A DNA stretch of 64,000 nucleotides from positions 125,674,001 through 125,738,000 of the forward strand of contig OX597820.1 of assembly GCA_951406725.2 (NCBI GenBank), read 5' to 3'. Position numbers and translations under genes: made by a program. The notes beneath the pieces are model-generated. The model had not been told where the DNA came from. It did not search any database and saw nothing but the letters and a program-made list of their open reading frames with translations. Of this stretch, positions 1 to 13,990 are shown piece after piece. The first letter of the stretch is position 1. Every line of letters starts with the position of its first letter. The stretch comes from Octopus vulgaris (Eukaryota).

Positions 1-900
1 TCTATAGTCACCAAACTCAAAGTCCAGAATCACATGAAGGAAATCCAGCGTTTTCCGGTCGTTTTTTATCGTGACCGTTCTAAGCCTAGTGTGGCCGTTT
101 GCTCCTCCTTTTGATATTGCCAGCGCGTCATCCCTGTAGAAGACCAACCTAGTTGAAGGGAAATATATTATTAACAACATGTAGGATGAAGAAACCGATA
201 AGGACACACACGACAGCATTGTCGAAAGTTCCCATTGCCACGTCGAAGCAGCCTTCTGGTAAGTTCATTTGGCCCAGGCTGACCACTTGCTGAAGAGTAG
301 GTTCCTTCTGACATGCATGATAATGCATATGTCCTTGTGACTTACTTCATTGTAGGCCCTAGTGAAGGCCAGTACCGTAGAAAGGAGCTCCCTTGATATA
401 GATGAGTAGAAATCCACTATATAATCTTATGTAAATCTAGTTCTACACCTTCCGTTATTGGTTTCAAATCATGTAATGGCCTCGTTAGTGTTACGCCATA
501 GGACGATGTCAAAGGCGTTTCGTTTCTAACGCCGTTGCTGATCTACCTGATAAGCCGTTTGCTAACCTGTCCGATTTTAGATTTCACAAGGTTTATCGGC
601 CTGCATTTGGGGTTAGAGACGAAGTTGGGTTTATTATCTTTGATCATTGTGAAGGCGTCTTTCTTTGCAAGTATCTCTCCCCTATATCTATGGCCTCATG
701 GTTGATACTGTGATAAATCCGAGGGGTATCCCTCCTGTATGTTAGGGTAATGCTGTTGTTAAGAATCTCTGCGAATGTGTTTTTGCTTACTCTATTAAAA
801 CTTTCAGAATTATCAGAGAATAGAATGGTCTTATCTGAAGATCTAAGTCTACTGGAATCTGCTATGGGACGATTTTGTGCTTTTATAAACTTATCACTTA
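1..900 (-). mobile_element. Penelope-like retroelement, decayed reverse transcriptase (runs off the window start)
   Basis: Minus-strand translation gives PLE RT motifs in order: AFTMIKDNKPNFVSNPKCRPIN, FYSSISRELL..IIMHVRRNLLF, FDVAMGTFDNAVVCVLIG, FYRDDALAIS, LDFLHVILD. Stops and frameshifts are present. Confidence 0.9.
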
Positions 901-3439
901 TTTGTGTTTTCTAAAAATGCATGGACACTTTTAGTGCAGTTGTACCTCATCTCAACGCCATTTATATTGCAGAATTTATAATACTTTCATGAAAATATTT
1001 AAACATCATTTAAAATGTAAGAAGCTTTATAATATATAATACGATGTTATATAACGACAAACATAAAGCTAAAAGGCATCCAATTCTTTTTATTGCAAGA
1101 TAGATTCTATGATATCTAAATCCAACTTGTTTCGTGCAAGGCATCCAATTACGCTGCTTAGATTACATATTATTGCGATCTGAACCTAAGTTTATGTTTT
1201 ATCAATTGGAAATTTATAGCATTGTCCAAAGCATTTTCTCACATATGTACATATTGAATATCGGTGCTTCTACATCGAAATTTATCACGTCGTAATTATT
1301 GTGTTTTATGTAAGTACAGATGGTATTGTTGCAAAATTCTCAATGCAAAACAGCAAAACTGTAATATACGTGAGTATTAGATACGTCCTCAATTTTTCTG
1401 AGAAAAATATGTATAGTTTGGTGACTTTACATTTTGATAAACCTCTACAATATATGACGTAAACATTGCCAAATGACATATCTTCAAATATTTATGCTAT
1501 TAACCGTATTTAATAGATAGATTCAAAGAGATCTTCCATCATATAACATATGACATATAACATATGAAACCGAATATGTTTCCTCTCACATGAAGTGGGT
1601 AAGGTTTTGGTCGTTAAAGATTTTGCTTTAATACCCTTCTTTCCGGATATCGCCGGTACTTTCATAGCAGAAACCTTCACAGGATGCTGTCATACATAAA
1701 GATACTATTGGTGATGGACGAATTAATACTCAATACATCAGTTGCTGAGTTTGCGTTTCCAAAAGAGTAAATTAGATTTTGCATATTACAATCTGTGGAT
1801 TTTTGTATAGTTACTAATTGCTTCACGCTCCCTGTTATGCAAACGATGGAAGATAAGACGTAGAATGACAAAAATAAACAAAATTATATCAAATCACATT
1901 CATGTATGACTAATACTCGACGTTTAATTCCAAGTAAATTCTACAACTGGATGGAGAAGTTACTCATATCTCTATCCAGTTATCGTACACAGTCCATAAT
2001 ATGTATTTATCAAATGATATGTAAACAGAACTGATAAGTTCACATTTCAAAAATCAAATGGATAAAATGTACAATAAGTAGTTACGTAACTTTTATTCAT
2101 GTGTTCGCAGTGATTTTCATGATTTTTTTAATGTTTTCCTTGTAGCGTTGCTAAGTAACCGAATGGTTTTCTATAAATTACCAACTTTAAGAGTATGGCA
2201 CCACAATTTTGCAGGAACTGAAGCATTTTGACAGATGGCATTTGGAAAATTTCCCAATAAATATTGATGTAAGTGTAAGTATACATCGTAGTATCGTCTG
2301 ACATATTTTCAATGAACATTGATGGAAGTATTCGCTGAGCGCGATATCTGTTCAAAGTTACAAATTAAAACATTGTTCTCCGAGGGAATGAAACAACGTC
2401 TATAGGAAGTATTAATATAGATTCATTGATATAATATAATAGACCATTTGAGTTTATAAGTGTTAATATCAATTAAACACAAGATATATTTTAACTGTAA
2501 TCGATTCATGATTATTTCCAATTTCTGAATCAATATAGGTTTGGCGACCTTATTTCAGATTGATATTTACTTACCCCGAGACCAGGGATTCACTACGAGG
2601 GATCTGGGAAAAGAGTGAGGTAGCGTGGGGAAATATTTTTTCTCTTTTTTTGTTAGTGGAACATGGAATTGGTAAAATCGTTTTCCCACCAAATATACTA
2701 CACCCATACCCAGTATATCCAAACCAAGCATACTGTATGAAGACTGTTTCCTAATATACACTAGTGTGGATATTTCTTTAAGGAAAGTATATAATTATGA
2801 CAAGTCGATAATTTATTGATGTTTTTACGTTTACGTATTTTATAGAAAGGGCATGGCGTGTATCTGCAAAAATCGTTTGTAGTTGGAAAAATGAGTTAAT
2901 TTTGAGTTCACCGTCACTTGGTACCAAAATTATAAAACATCTTTGAATTACTAAACCATGGTTTCAATTGTGAATAAACAGAAAGCAATTTAAATTATTC
3001 ATTTTCTGTAAGAAAAAAATGGTTTTTCGTTCTTCGGTTAGGCTAACACATTTGACCTTTGTATGGTTTTACTAAGTCCACGGTATTGTCTATTAAGAGT
3101 TGTTAAGTTATCATCGGAAATATACTTTTCGTTAAAGGTTTTAAAAGGTATGTGGTTTAAGAAAAAGTGAAAGTTTTTAAGCTCAATTTTATCTTCAAAT
3201 GAACTTATACAAAGTAGAATTTTGGATTTTCCAAATAATCTCAAGAAATCTGAAGACAGAGTGGCCATAACCGTAGACCTAATGCCTATTTTAAGCTCAG
3301 TTCCCTTGCTTCGTTATGCGTACCTTGTGATGAACATTTGTAATTAACCATGCTGTTGTATCCTAAATTAGGGGTCACATCAGCATGGCCACATAACTTC
3401 TGTTAGTCCAGGGTATTTTATATCTTTTGCTTCCATAAG

Positions 3440-4571
3440 CAATTTCATTACTCCCTTTTCGATTTTAAAATGACCAAACCAAATAAAGTGAAAGTTCGTC
3501 AGTATTCAACTGAAATTTTGAAGTTTGGATTAATTCCTGCTGTGCATGATGAATAAACACTATTTTGCTTCGAGTGTCATAATACATTGAATCAGGTACA
3601 AACTAAGCCAGGACGGTGAGAAGCACATTTGAGAGTAAAGCATCCCCATAATGCAAATTCAAATTTGGAATATTTTCAGTCACTAAGTGAAAAGTTTGCA
3701 AATCTTTATAAAATCACAACAAGAGATATTGTTCTCTGATTCACTAGAAACGACCAGTTCTGCAGTTGATATCTACAAGAAACTAAAAAATTATTTGGAT
3801 GCAAAAAACTACTAAAATAAAACATTCTATCATGTGAATCATATAGGACTAAGATGGACAAGAAAACAGAATGCTTTATACTAATGACGGATGAAAATCC
3901 AAACATGTCTATGCATTACATCATCCACCGAGTAAACTAGCTTTCTAAGAAACGTTCCCCTATTTTTAACGAGATTCTGCAATTTATGATCAAGTGTGTT
4001 AACACCATCGAATGAAACGTTAAATCTAAACGTCTTTTTAAACAGTTATGTGTGAATCAAAATGCAGAGCATACAAAAATAAGATGGTTGTCAAGATGAA
4101 AATGCTTGAAGAGGTTAACTGAGTTATTTGAAAACCTCACTGAGCTTTTGAATGACTAACCAGAAATACGTCCATTATCTAAGAGATATTTTCGCGAAAT
4201 TAAGCAACTTGAACGAGCACCACCAAGCAGTGGTTGAGTGTGGAATTCGTGCTGTTGACGATTTGCTTCGAGCCAAGGAAAACAGACTTGAACTTGCAAA
4301 ACGTGGTTAGTTACGGCTGAAGTTAACACAATTGTGTCCTCATCCTCAAATAAATGAAATCTGCCGTATTCGCCAGGCACAAGGTTTTCCTTCAAGTACT
4401 TCATCTTTTTTCTTAGTTAGTAATGTACGTTTTCTCAATCAAATAATTACCGGTACATACTTTTGTATTAAATAAATATAATAAAATATTACTTTTTCCA
4501 ACTATTAGTGAGGCATATAATTTCCTGGAAATTTGTAGTGGGTCTCAGGGAAAATAGTTTGAGAATCACTG
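3440..4571 (+). mobile_element. hAT (Charlie/Buster/SCAND3-type) DNA transposon relic, internally deleted
   Basis: Peptides KVRQYSTEILKFGLIP..FCFEC..KHP (BED-like N-terminus), HYIIHRVN (CxxH region) and VECGIRAVDDLLRAKENRLELAKRG*LRLKLT..QAQG (hAT dimerisation C-terminus). The right end reads cagtgattctcaaact on the minus strand, ends at 4571 and is followed by ctctagac, matching the Charlie-type 8-bp target NTCTAGAN. Left TIR not found. Confidence 0.85.
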
Positions 4572-6269
4572 CTCTAGACATATTACAGCTTTAGTTTGAT
4601 TTGAAAAGGGAGGACGTACCTTCATAATTGTGCAGGTGAAAACGACACGTACAGGTTTGGAGCTGTGTTGTATTTAAACAGAGGTGAAAATTATTCGTGT
4701 GTTCGAAGTGTAAATCTTGTATGTGTGTATATTAGCCTTGGAATCACCACTTTTTTGTGCGGTAAAAGTAGACCACATTCACGCTTATTACATTAAAGAA
4801 CTTATGATAAATATTATCTAAAGGAGATGCTGTTCTTATTTATAATTCTTAGAGATTTTTCTAATCTCTCTATAGACTATATGGAGGATTATAAATGAAC
4901 CTGTATAAAAACACTGAAATATCAGTGGAATAAGATTGAAGCAAACTTTCTTTATTAAGTCGGATACGTTTATCAACAAAGAAAACAAATTCGACCTCAC
5001 TTGGTAAAGGAACTCCAAAGAATAATTGGTTGTTTGTCTGATATTCAGAAAATAATTTAAATAAATCATAAAATTCCGTACCAATTTATAAGATATAGAA
5101 TAGAGGAATTCAGGAAATCACGTATGTTTTCAGGATAAAATATGTACAAAACAGATATTCGAACACATTAGAGGCAAATTTCCAATACGTTCGCTAACAA
5201 CGGAGAGAACGCCGACTCTAGCATTTACTATGTTAATAAAATACACGAAACAAATAGCAAGCAGATATTTTAGAGCCTAAGATCGTTAGTGTTTCGTAAC
5301 AGTATATCAATTCTAAAATGACAATCATAATTTCCTTTGAACACAAAATGAAGATTTATTAATCGACTGAAATGTAAGATATTTAGTGTTAGTTGCAACA
5401 TTTTAGATTCCATCATTTTTAACATTACACAAGTCACTTCTCTTCCGTTATAGAATAGAAGTTTATCATTTATCATTTGGTCCTGTATCACTAATAGTAC
5501 GCATTGCGGTATAGGAGAGTTCTGCCCATTTATTACTGTTTTGGAAATCATGAAATTCTTGTAACTGTGAAGCTTAGTGAATCTGTCATTCATATCATTA
5601 TTCATGGTCGAATATTTTTGCTACGTCAGGATAGTTTTCAGGGTCGGGTATTAAACATAATTGCCACAAATTTTATCATTTAGACGCGTGAACATATAAT
5701 GATTACGAAATCTGAGAAATTATAGTATTTTCTGTCTTAGATTTACTTGAAACTAATCCAGACATTGCCATACTGATGGACTACTTATTTTGCGAGGCAT
5801 TAGAAGTTATGCAACCGGTGCTGATAGAAACTTTTTCAGAAACTTGCGTAAAGATTTAACACATCAGTATATAGTTACTCTCTGAGATATAGCCCAAGAA
5901 TTATTTAATGGAAAATTCAATGAGATGGTACAGTAAGTTGATATGAATTCAAACCGCCCCTTAGAAACTTAATCGTTAACATTTGTAAGCGTAGATACAG
6001 ATGGGCCTTAGGTGAAAACTACTGTAACCATGTTGCGTGTTATTACAACAACGCATTAAATACAGTCATATTAAATTTTACAATATATTATAAACAGAAA
6101 AACAAAAACTTACGAGAGGAAATATTATATCGTATAAGCCACCATGCACTTTAAATGCTTAATATTTCTAGGATTTTCTGAAACATTATGTATAATCATT
6201 TCTTTATATACAAAATATACTACGAAGACATTTAGCGAAAATATGGTTGAAGGGGGCAACAGTTGCACA

Positions 6270-7685
6270 CAATTTGGCTGCATTAACAGCCAGTAGAAAC
6301 AATATAAACTTTCATACAAGACAGAAAATCCTCCTCGGTCTAATTTCACTTCCTTTCCTCTTTATAATAAGTAACTCGCCTGTGTGTCTCAGAGCTGGTG
6401 CTTAATATTTTATAGCTTCTTCTAGCTAGTTATTTTTTTTTAATTAATTGACAATTTTACGTTTGAGGTTCTATATCAGGCAACGTGCAATAGATGCCTT
6501 GGTACTGCCAAGAGGCCGTATGGTGGTCAACCTAAAGGTAGAGTTATGCAGCGTAAAATCACAGAAAATCTTGGGATCCCGCTTCATACAGTTAATAGAG
6601 CTATTGTGCAATTCACCAGACAAGGGAAGAATTCCACATCACCTCGCGCAGGTCTACCACGTACGTTTCTCTGACAGGACCCTTCGTTTTCTTATGAGAA
6701 ATATAGAGGATAATTCCCGTTACAAGTCTTCTGACGTACAGAACAAGTTGATGTCAGTCTCAGAAAAGCTGTCAAAAATTTCTGCAAACTTGGCTACTAT
6801 GGCAGAGTAGCAAGAAGGCAGCCACCTCTTCGAACAGCCGATATGAAATGGAGAGAAGATTGGGCCAGTAAGATGAGGGAGAGGCCATTAGCATTTTGGG
6901 ACACTGTCATAATAGCTGATGAGTTCAGATTTGTGGTATTTCCTGACAGTGGTCGCGTGTGGGTCTGGAGAGTCTGTGGCCAAGAGTTTGACGGGAAAAG
7001 ATTACAACCATTAATGAAAGAGTCCTGATCTTCTGTGATGGTCTGGAGAGCAATTTGGAGCAACAGTCGATCAGAACTGGTGGAGTCTGAAGGAAACATA
7101 ACATCAGATAACTATGTGTCCATATTGCAAAAAAGTTTCCTTCCAATCTTTTCCGGTAGTGAAATTATTAAAGAAAATTCTTTATTTATGGAAGATTGTG
7201 CTCCTTGTCACTCGGCTAAAATGACTAAATGACCAAGTTTGGCTGGAAGAAAATGTCATTAAAAATATTCCATGGCCAAGCCAGTCATCTGGTATGAACC
7301 CTACTGAACATGTCTGGGACATAACAGACATGATACTTGATAAAAAGAACAAGAAAGTATCCTCCAAGCCAGATATTTTGAGATTACTACATGGAACTTG
7401 GCAAGAAATTCCTCAAGAGAATATTCGTCATCTGATTAGTAATATGCCTAATAGGGTCCTTGAATTGAAATATGCGTTAATCATGTCTACTAAATATTAG
7501 ATAATCACATTCTAATAATTAATAAATGATTCGGATGTATAATTTCAGATTTAAGTAAATGTTAATGATTATAAGAATAACTATTTGCTTTTTCCCTCTT
7601 CTTGCTCTATTAGAAAATTTAAGTAAAATTATATTAATGCGCCCAACTGATTAAAACATTCTATTTATTTATGCAGCTGGGATGT
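6270..7685 (+). mobile_element. Tc1-like transposon with disrupted transposase (about 6460-7500)
   Basis: ORF pieces WDTVIIADEFRF..GRVWVWR, MVWRAI..EGNITSDNYVSIL..FMEDCAPCHSAK and WPSQSSGMNPTEHVWD, which are the Tc1 DDE motifs (SDE; QDNAPxH; WPxxSPDLNPIE). Ends are approximate because TIR similarity is weak. Confidence 0.88.
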
Positions 7686-7753
7686 CTTTGCATTTAAATA
7701 GTGCCGCTTCAAACAGTCGTACTGCATCACATCTTGACGTCCTGTTGCTTATT

Positions 7754-8274
7754 TCTATTTATATATATATATATATATAAAACTGCAGTTGTGTGAGTGT
7801 CTGTCCCCTTCGATTTAGATTCCTAACTCCTCCCACATTTTGCGGTGCAGTTTAACCAAATTCGGGTATCTTATAGTCGTGATTCATATCGAGCCCGTCT
7901 GAGTATTAGCTCGCGTCTACGATGAGTCTACGATTTTAAAAATAATTTAACATCATTTTTTATTCCATTTTATTTCATAATTTTTCGTGTGTCGATGGCG
8001 GCGGAGTTGGCGTCCATGGTCACACCTGCACCTGTTTGCTTCTCCCTTCTTCCTTCCCTCGTGAAGCTGTGGGGAAGGGAATGTAGGAAATCAACGTCGT
8101 AAAGCGTTGTCAAGGAGACCAGCGTTCTTTTAGAACAACGACTTCATGGCTTAAAAGACACCAAACGGAAATAGCTAAGAAAGCCTGAATTGGCATCTAT
8201 AAGGGAAGTAACTCTCTTAAAATGCTTATATAGTTACTTCCCTTACAAATAGCATACGCCGGGCGATATATAGT
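7754..8274 (+). mobile_element. Non-autonomous Helitron-like element
   Basis: Starts TC..(TA)n-AAAACTG..GTGTGAGTGTCTGTCC and ends with GC-rich cgccgggcg followed by a TAG-T terminus. No TIR or TSD. A related 5' end occurs near 38090. Confidence 0.5.
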
Positions 8275-8289
8275 ATATATATATATATA

Positions 8290-8490
8290 TAGTTAATCCA
8301 AACAAGAAAACACACAAAAAAACACAAACGCGAGGACGTGGAACAAATAAAGTATTATTGGACGCTCAGAAAAGAAGGGAAGAAGGAGGGTTTAACGTTT
8401 CGAGCGGAGCTCTTCGTCGGAAACAAAGAAGGAAAGATCCCGAGAAGGGAAGACAGAGGAAAAAAGATTGCTGGCGGTGCTCACGAGGTC
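8290..8490 (-). mobile_element. PLE terminal-repeat (pLTR) fragment carrying a hammerhead-like motif
   Basis: Similar to 16510-16710 (-), 31075-31240 (+) and 13315-13432 (+); abuts (TA)n. Confidence 0.65.
8390..8424 (-). ncRNA. Minimal type I hammerhead-like motif (core variant CCGACGA)
   Basis: Minus strand: GUUU-CCGACGA-A-GAGC-ucc-GCUC-GAAACGUU-AAAC. Stem I GUUU/AAAC, stem II GAGC/GCUC, palindromic AACGUU in place of stem III. Confidence 0.65.
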
Positions 8491-11400
8491 ACACACGCAC
8501 GCACGTATAACACACACACATATATAAATATTCGATGCTGAGTATCAGGATATATTGGTTGTAAGTATTGTCCTTATAGATACCAAACAAGCAGGAAAAT
8601 ATTTATGTATCTTGAACTTCACTACTGATTAACTCAATCTAAAAATATTAGTGATTATTCTCTGTCTTTACTTGTTCACGAATTATAATTGTTATATTTG
8701 TTTATTTCTGGAGTCCCGGTTGCTTTAGTAGCATATAAAGTATGTAGCCTACATTTAGAAAACAATTATTCCCCCCACCCCATCCTGCCCCAAAAAATAA
8801 TTGCACAACAGTAGCGTTTCATTTCAGTTATATATAATTATCAAATTACAATTCTCAATCTTATTATAGAAATCATCAAATATTTATTTCGAAGCTGTAA
8901 GACCCGTTACCCAATGTGATGAGGAAATGATTGATTTATTAACTTTGTTAATATTAAAAATTCACACCAGCCGAGAACAACCTGTCACTCAGAGTAGTAA
9001 ATGCGCGACATTAATAATAGTTTTCTAATTGCCAAAAATACTAGTTAACTCTTCTTCCCTTTTCTCATTCGCACATTCACATACATAAGCAAAACAATTT
9101 TTATCAATTCACCCAATCAAATCCATATAGCAACCAAGTATTTTCTCAAATCACACGGCAGAGTTTTTCAAGATGAAATGCTGAATATTGTCAACCTATG
9201 TTAAACTGCATCTATACAGAATTGGGCAATCCCTATGGAAATGCCTTTGATCATAGGGTTGTTCAATTAACGTTCACCAGAAAAGGACGAAACCTGAAAT
9301 AAGCTACATAGTTACTGAAATGTATGTGAAAAGATATATATGTATGTATCTATGTAAGTATATATGTATATGTGTGTATGTGTATATATGTATGTATGCA
9401 TGCGTTTATGTGTGTGTGTATGTGTGCATATGTCTGTATGTATACCATTATTCAGTTTTATTTTAAGATTTTTGCCAAAAAACAATACGCAGGTTTCTAA
9501 ACTTGATCCAAGGCTACTTACTTGGAATTCCAACAACATCAACAGGATATTTTTGCATGTATATGTGTATATGTGCATTATTTGGCGTCAGTGCTTGTGC
9601 AGATTTGTAAGCTTTGCTTTATGTCTGTATTCTCATGCATTTACTTGCATGTCTAGACATGATCATGTATACTTAAATTATACTCTTCTGGGAAGTTTTA
9701 CAATTTTGCAGAGTTCCAGTAATGACTCAGATCTGCAGTCATTGAATCAACTTTCGCTTTCCTTTTGTGAAACTCAATTTATGAAGAGATTGTTACATAT
9801 CCCAACTCACCAATAATTACAGGTATATACCTGAACATGTAATTTAGGCACAGTAGCTGTAATTTTCTCAATTGCTCAGCATATGTATGTATCTATGTAT
9901 GTATTATATATGCAAACATATTTCCCGTGATTCTGTTGTCTTTCAACCACTTGCTTCCCTATATACACCAATGACATATAGAGCTGTCACACATGTCAAA
10001 CAATACGCATATGATACAATTAGTTATTCCTCACAAACTTCCTCTCTTTCCCTGGCAAGCCAGATACAACTAATTCCTTCTGAATTGATTCCATTTACGG
10101 AGACAGTGAATTCACTCTGCATAGGAACCTTAACCTTTCTTCTTTAACAACTACTAAAATGAATATTCCGGGTACGCACTTACTACGTAGAGTGAGGAAG
10201 ATGTAAAGTCATCTACACATGCATGTACTTTGAATGTAAAGCTAACAAAACAAAAACATGATTAGGTCTTGTTTGAATAAACGTATTAAGATGTGTTAAA
10301 ACAAAGGGAAAAAGAATGATACTATAGATAACACCTTTGATTTTGTTCCAGAGTTATTACAGTTTACTTCTTAATATAAAGTGAAACATAACCGACAAGG
10401 CAGATGTATGAACATAAAATTGCGCCTTTAATACTGCTTATTTGGACTATCACATTATGTCAATTTTCTAATGATTCAGAAAAATATACAATTCCAGCTT
10501 ACAATTATCAAAAGATCCGTGAAATGTTTACGGAGGGTTACTAATATTGTAAAAATTTCGTAATCACCTAACCAAAACTCTAACAGTTATTAACATCATG
10601 CAACTCCGTTTAGTAAACTTTGTAAACATTAAACCAAATAATTCGTGAATATAATACAAAGCCGTGCAATTTCCCATATCACTTAAACATTTGCGTGGCA
10701 ATATTTAGTAACTCTGAGCTGCAAATAAATATCGTATGTCCCTATTTTAATCCCATACATATTCCTTAAGTGTCATAAATGACGCAAGCAAAGTTCTTTG
10801 GTATGATATATATGCTCACAAAGAAAACCTCAATGAAATACCTTCTTAAATTCAATCATAGTTATTATACAGAAGATGATCATTTCTTTATGATAGTTTG
10901 GCGATAAGAAATTTAAATTTGAATTCATTTTAATAAGTGCACACGTGAATAACATTTAGAAACCAACTGGTTGTTCACATTTTAAGCAATTATTTGTGTG
11001 TCAGGTTTTATGCATACATCATCCGTTTACAGAAAACTGTTACCGTTTTTTTTAATTCATAAAATTTAACATTATCCATTGGCATCCTAAATAATTGTCG
11101 TTCACGTGTACATCAATAACGTTTGAAAGTTGATACACATTTTATTTACCTTCGTGGAGAAGTGTTTGATGCGCTGTATGCTACCATTTTCACCAACTTT
11201 AATCGCATATCACATTGGAATTATTGGAATTTGACAATCAGAAGAGAAGTAAGGAAACGTCATGAACATCCTGCATAAGGTAATTTAATCAAATGAAATT
11301 TAAAGAAACAATTAGAAAATAGTCAATCTACAGAAGTTGTGTATTGAGTTCTTTCGATTCGAAATCACATACTTCCGTTAAAACCACCATGTATACATAT

Positions 11401-11973
11401 ATGCATTTATCTACCTCTTTCTCTCTATACACACATAAAAACACACAAACACACACACAGGCACACACACACACACACACGCACACACACATACACACAC
11501 ACACATACACACACACATATATATATGCATGCAACTTGAGTATATGTAAATAACTAACAGCTTTCCTCGCAAACTTAACACAATATAAACACGTCAACAT
11601 TGAAGCTACATTTTAGTGTTCCACTTATTTTTCGTACTTACGTGTTTGTTTTTTAATGTTGGCTCAGAACAATTCCATTCCTAAATAAATTAGTCTGCCG
11701 TTCTGCGACTTTCACAATGACATTTTGAAATATATACTGCTGCAATGACGTGATACTTGCGGTTACTGAGGTACACAGCCTCGGAATAAGTTTGGAATGA
11801 ATAAAAACAGCAATGGTCGATTTAAAAATTTATGGCCCTACATCCTGGTCGATTTCCTATCGAGCATACATATAACACACACACACACACACACCACATA
11901 TACATGCATATATATATATATATATATATACCTATATATGCATAAATTCACGTATATGTACACACACATAAAT

Positions 11974-12067
<94 letters not shown>

Positions 12068-12873
12068 GTGTATTATCAAGAAATCCACAAGGATCTACGC
12101 AATGCAAATAGATGTTACACTTTGATGATTTTTCTCTTTTCTGGGATTCTCTCCAGGATCGTGAGCGAATGTCGGCATGGATCAACCTGTCTAAATATAT
12201 ATGTACATGTATGTGCATGTTTGTGTGCGTACGTGCGTGTGTGTCTGTGTATTCGTATTATAACATATGGAGTAAATAGTGAATGCTGAGTGTCTCAAAG
12301 TGAGACTCAGCATTTGAAGTGACTGTAAAAAGCTTGATTAAGTGCAGTTTATGTTCAGAGAGATGTGCTTGCGTTTACTTGGTATATGTGTACCCAGAAT
12401 ATTCATTTTAGTAGTTTTTAAAATGGAAGGTTTAGGTTCCTATGGAGAGTGAATTTACTGAGTCCATAAATGGAATCAATTCAGACGGAACTAGTTGTGT
12501 CTCGCTTGGCAGGGAATGAGAGGAATCCTGCGAGGAATGAGTAATTGTATCATATGTGTATTCTTTGACATGTGTTGCAGCGTTGCATGTCATTGGTTAA
12601 TAAGTGGCTGAAAGACAACTGAAGTCGCGAGTATACGAACTGGGAAAGAAAATGGGTGGTTCCCTTAGTACGGAGATAAGGGATGGGTGGTTCCCTTAGT
12701 AAGGAAGTTTTGATTAGAAATGTACATATTAGACGCGTTAGAAAGATTGACAGATCCCTAGGTTGTCAAAATATCATTAGCCAAACTTCTACAATTTCTA
12801 TATATATATTAAAATTCAGAAAATGAAGATGTATTATTAATATAATTTTTTAACTGCAAAATATCAACATATT

Positions 12874-12955
12874 ATCTTGCATTTGTTTCGATTTTGCCCG
12901 AAGATTTAATTTCAGTAATTAAATCTTTGTATTGGGCAAAATCTCATCACAGTAT
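12874..12955 (-). ncRNA. Hammerhead-like motif with long stem II (degenerate core)
   Basis: GUGAUGA, then a perfect 10-bp stem (12890-12899/12934-12943) enclosing an 11-bp hairpin (12901-12911/12917-12927), then GAAAC-aaau-GCA. Confidence 0.6.
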
Positions 12956-12998
12956 TTGGAAACATACACATCTAATAGCCTAAAAGAATGTCTTTTCT

Positions 12999-13083
12999 TC
13001 TCTGATGATGATGAATTTTTGTCCAATACAAAGAATTAATTTCTAAAATTTAATCTTTAGGCAAAATCGAAACAGCCGTAAGA
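12999..13083 (+). ncRNA. Type I hammerhead-like motif with long stem II
   Basis: UCU-CUGAUGA(ugauga), long stem II, GAAAC-AGCC-GUA-AGA. This gives a 2-bp stem III with a tetraloop, NUH=GUA and a 3-bp stem I. Confidence 0.65.
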
Positions 13084-13314
13084 CAATGTGTTGAATTTTT
13101 GCTCTTAATAAATTATAAAAATAACAACTCCATTTTCTGAAGTTTAATTTGAATATTTATAAACTACGATTTATACTTAAAACTATTATCTTCCAAATAT
13201 TACTATTCTAAAAAAAGTAATAATAGGCAACGAACCAGTAATTCATTGGATATTTTATCCCTTAATGAGGCTTCTTTAGCCTTTATACACACACACATAC
13301 ACAAATATAAATAT

Positions 13315-13432
13315 AAGTATTGTGTTCCTTTCTGCGTTAAAGACTTATTCACTTCCGAGCGTTATACTAATACATCTGTTTGTTGTCTACATCACCTGTT
13401 TTCGTATTTTGTTTTTTTTTTGAATTCTCCCT
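13315..13432 (+). mobile_element. PLE pLTR fragment with the hammerhead core deleted
   Basis: Matches 31108-31240 but reads cctttctg|cgttaaagac, lacking 21 nt. Confidence 0.65.
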
Positions 13433-13442
13433 ATATATATAT

Positions 13443-13800
13443 ACCAGTCTACCCGTGACTCGTTGGGCCATCGGGAAAATTTGAGTTTCCCATTAGCGTC
13501 GGTTTTTTCCCATCAACGTGGGCTTTCGTGTTTTTTTTCTTCTCCAGGATATTTTGCATACTCTGAATGAATATGACCTCGAAAGAAAAAGAAAGATTTA
13601 GTTGCTACTTCTTGCATATCCTTCTACCACGTAATAGCTATTTCGTGTCCTTTATCGCAAACAGTAGTTACGCGGTATCAGGGCGTGCTAGAAATAGAAG
13701 CCAAAACTTTGGAAGTGAGATACGTGGAATGCACTCTAAAAATAACAATAGAAAAAAGTATTTCACATTGAGCTTACGATATTTAGGCCAAAAATTATTT
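13443..13800 (-). mobile_element. Probable Helitron-like 3' fragment
   Basis: Minus strand ends gcccaacgagtcacggg-tagaCTGGt, a degenerate hairpin plus CTRR. The extent toward 13800 is uncertain. Confidence 0.35.
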
Positions 13801-13885
13801 TTGTAATAGTATTTGCTTGAAAATAATTTTGAAAACCATTAAAATATTGTTTGTCTAAAGAAAGCTAAATACTCATTGTACGATA

Positions 13886-13990
13886 TTCTCTTGCAGCTAT
13901 TTCAATTTTGTTCGAAGATTAAATTCCAGTAATTAAATCATTGTATTGTGCAAAATCTCATCAGAGTACTTGGAAACATAACATCTAATA
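13886..13990 (-). ncRNA. Third copy of the long-stem-II hammerhead-like motif (direct repeat of 12874-12977)
   Basis: ACU-CUGAUGA-GAUUUUGCAC...GAACAAAAUU-GAAAU-AGCU-GCA-AGAG. It shares the flank ttggaaacata..catctaata with the 12.9-kb copy, offset 1014 bp. Confidence 0.65.

Larger units (their letters stand above)
12808..13147. repeat. Long imperfect inverted repeat (about 140-bp arms), each arm containing a hammerhead-like motif
   Basis: 12808-12950 aligns with the reverse complement of 13010-13147 (ttaaa.ttcagaaaatg...tgtttcgattttgcc..aagatt.aattt..tctttgtattgg.caaaa..tcatca). Confidence 0.9.

Noticed and set aside
2128-5605. Faint resemblance of minus-strand peptides (RYRAQRIL, LEFLYQ) to a CatSper auxiliary subunit, and of a plus-strand peptide near 5745 to a FERM motif
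   Set aside because: Only a few residues match, from memory, with inconsistent order and in-frame stops. This cannot be supported without a profile search.
12282-12705. Small hairpin (12282-12314) and a 31-bp-period tandem duplication (12652-12705)
   Set aside because: Both are real but isolated, and I could not define element boundaries or a function.
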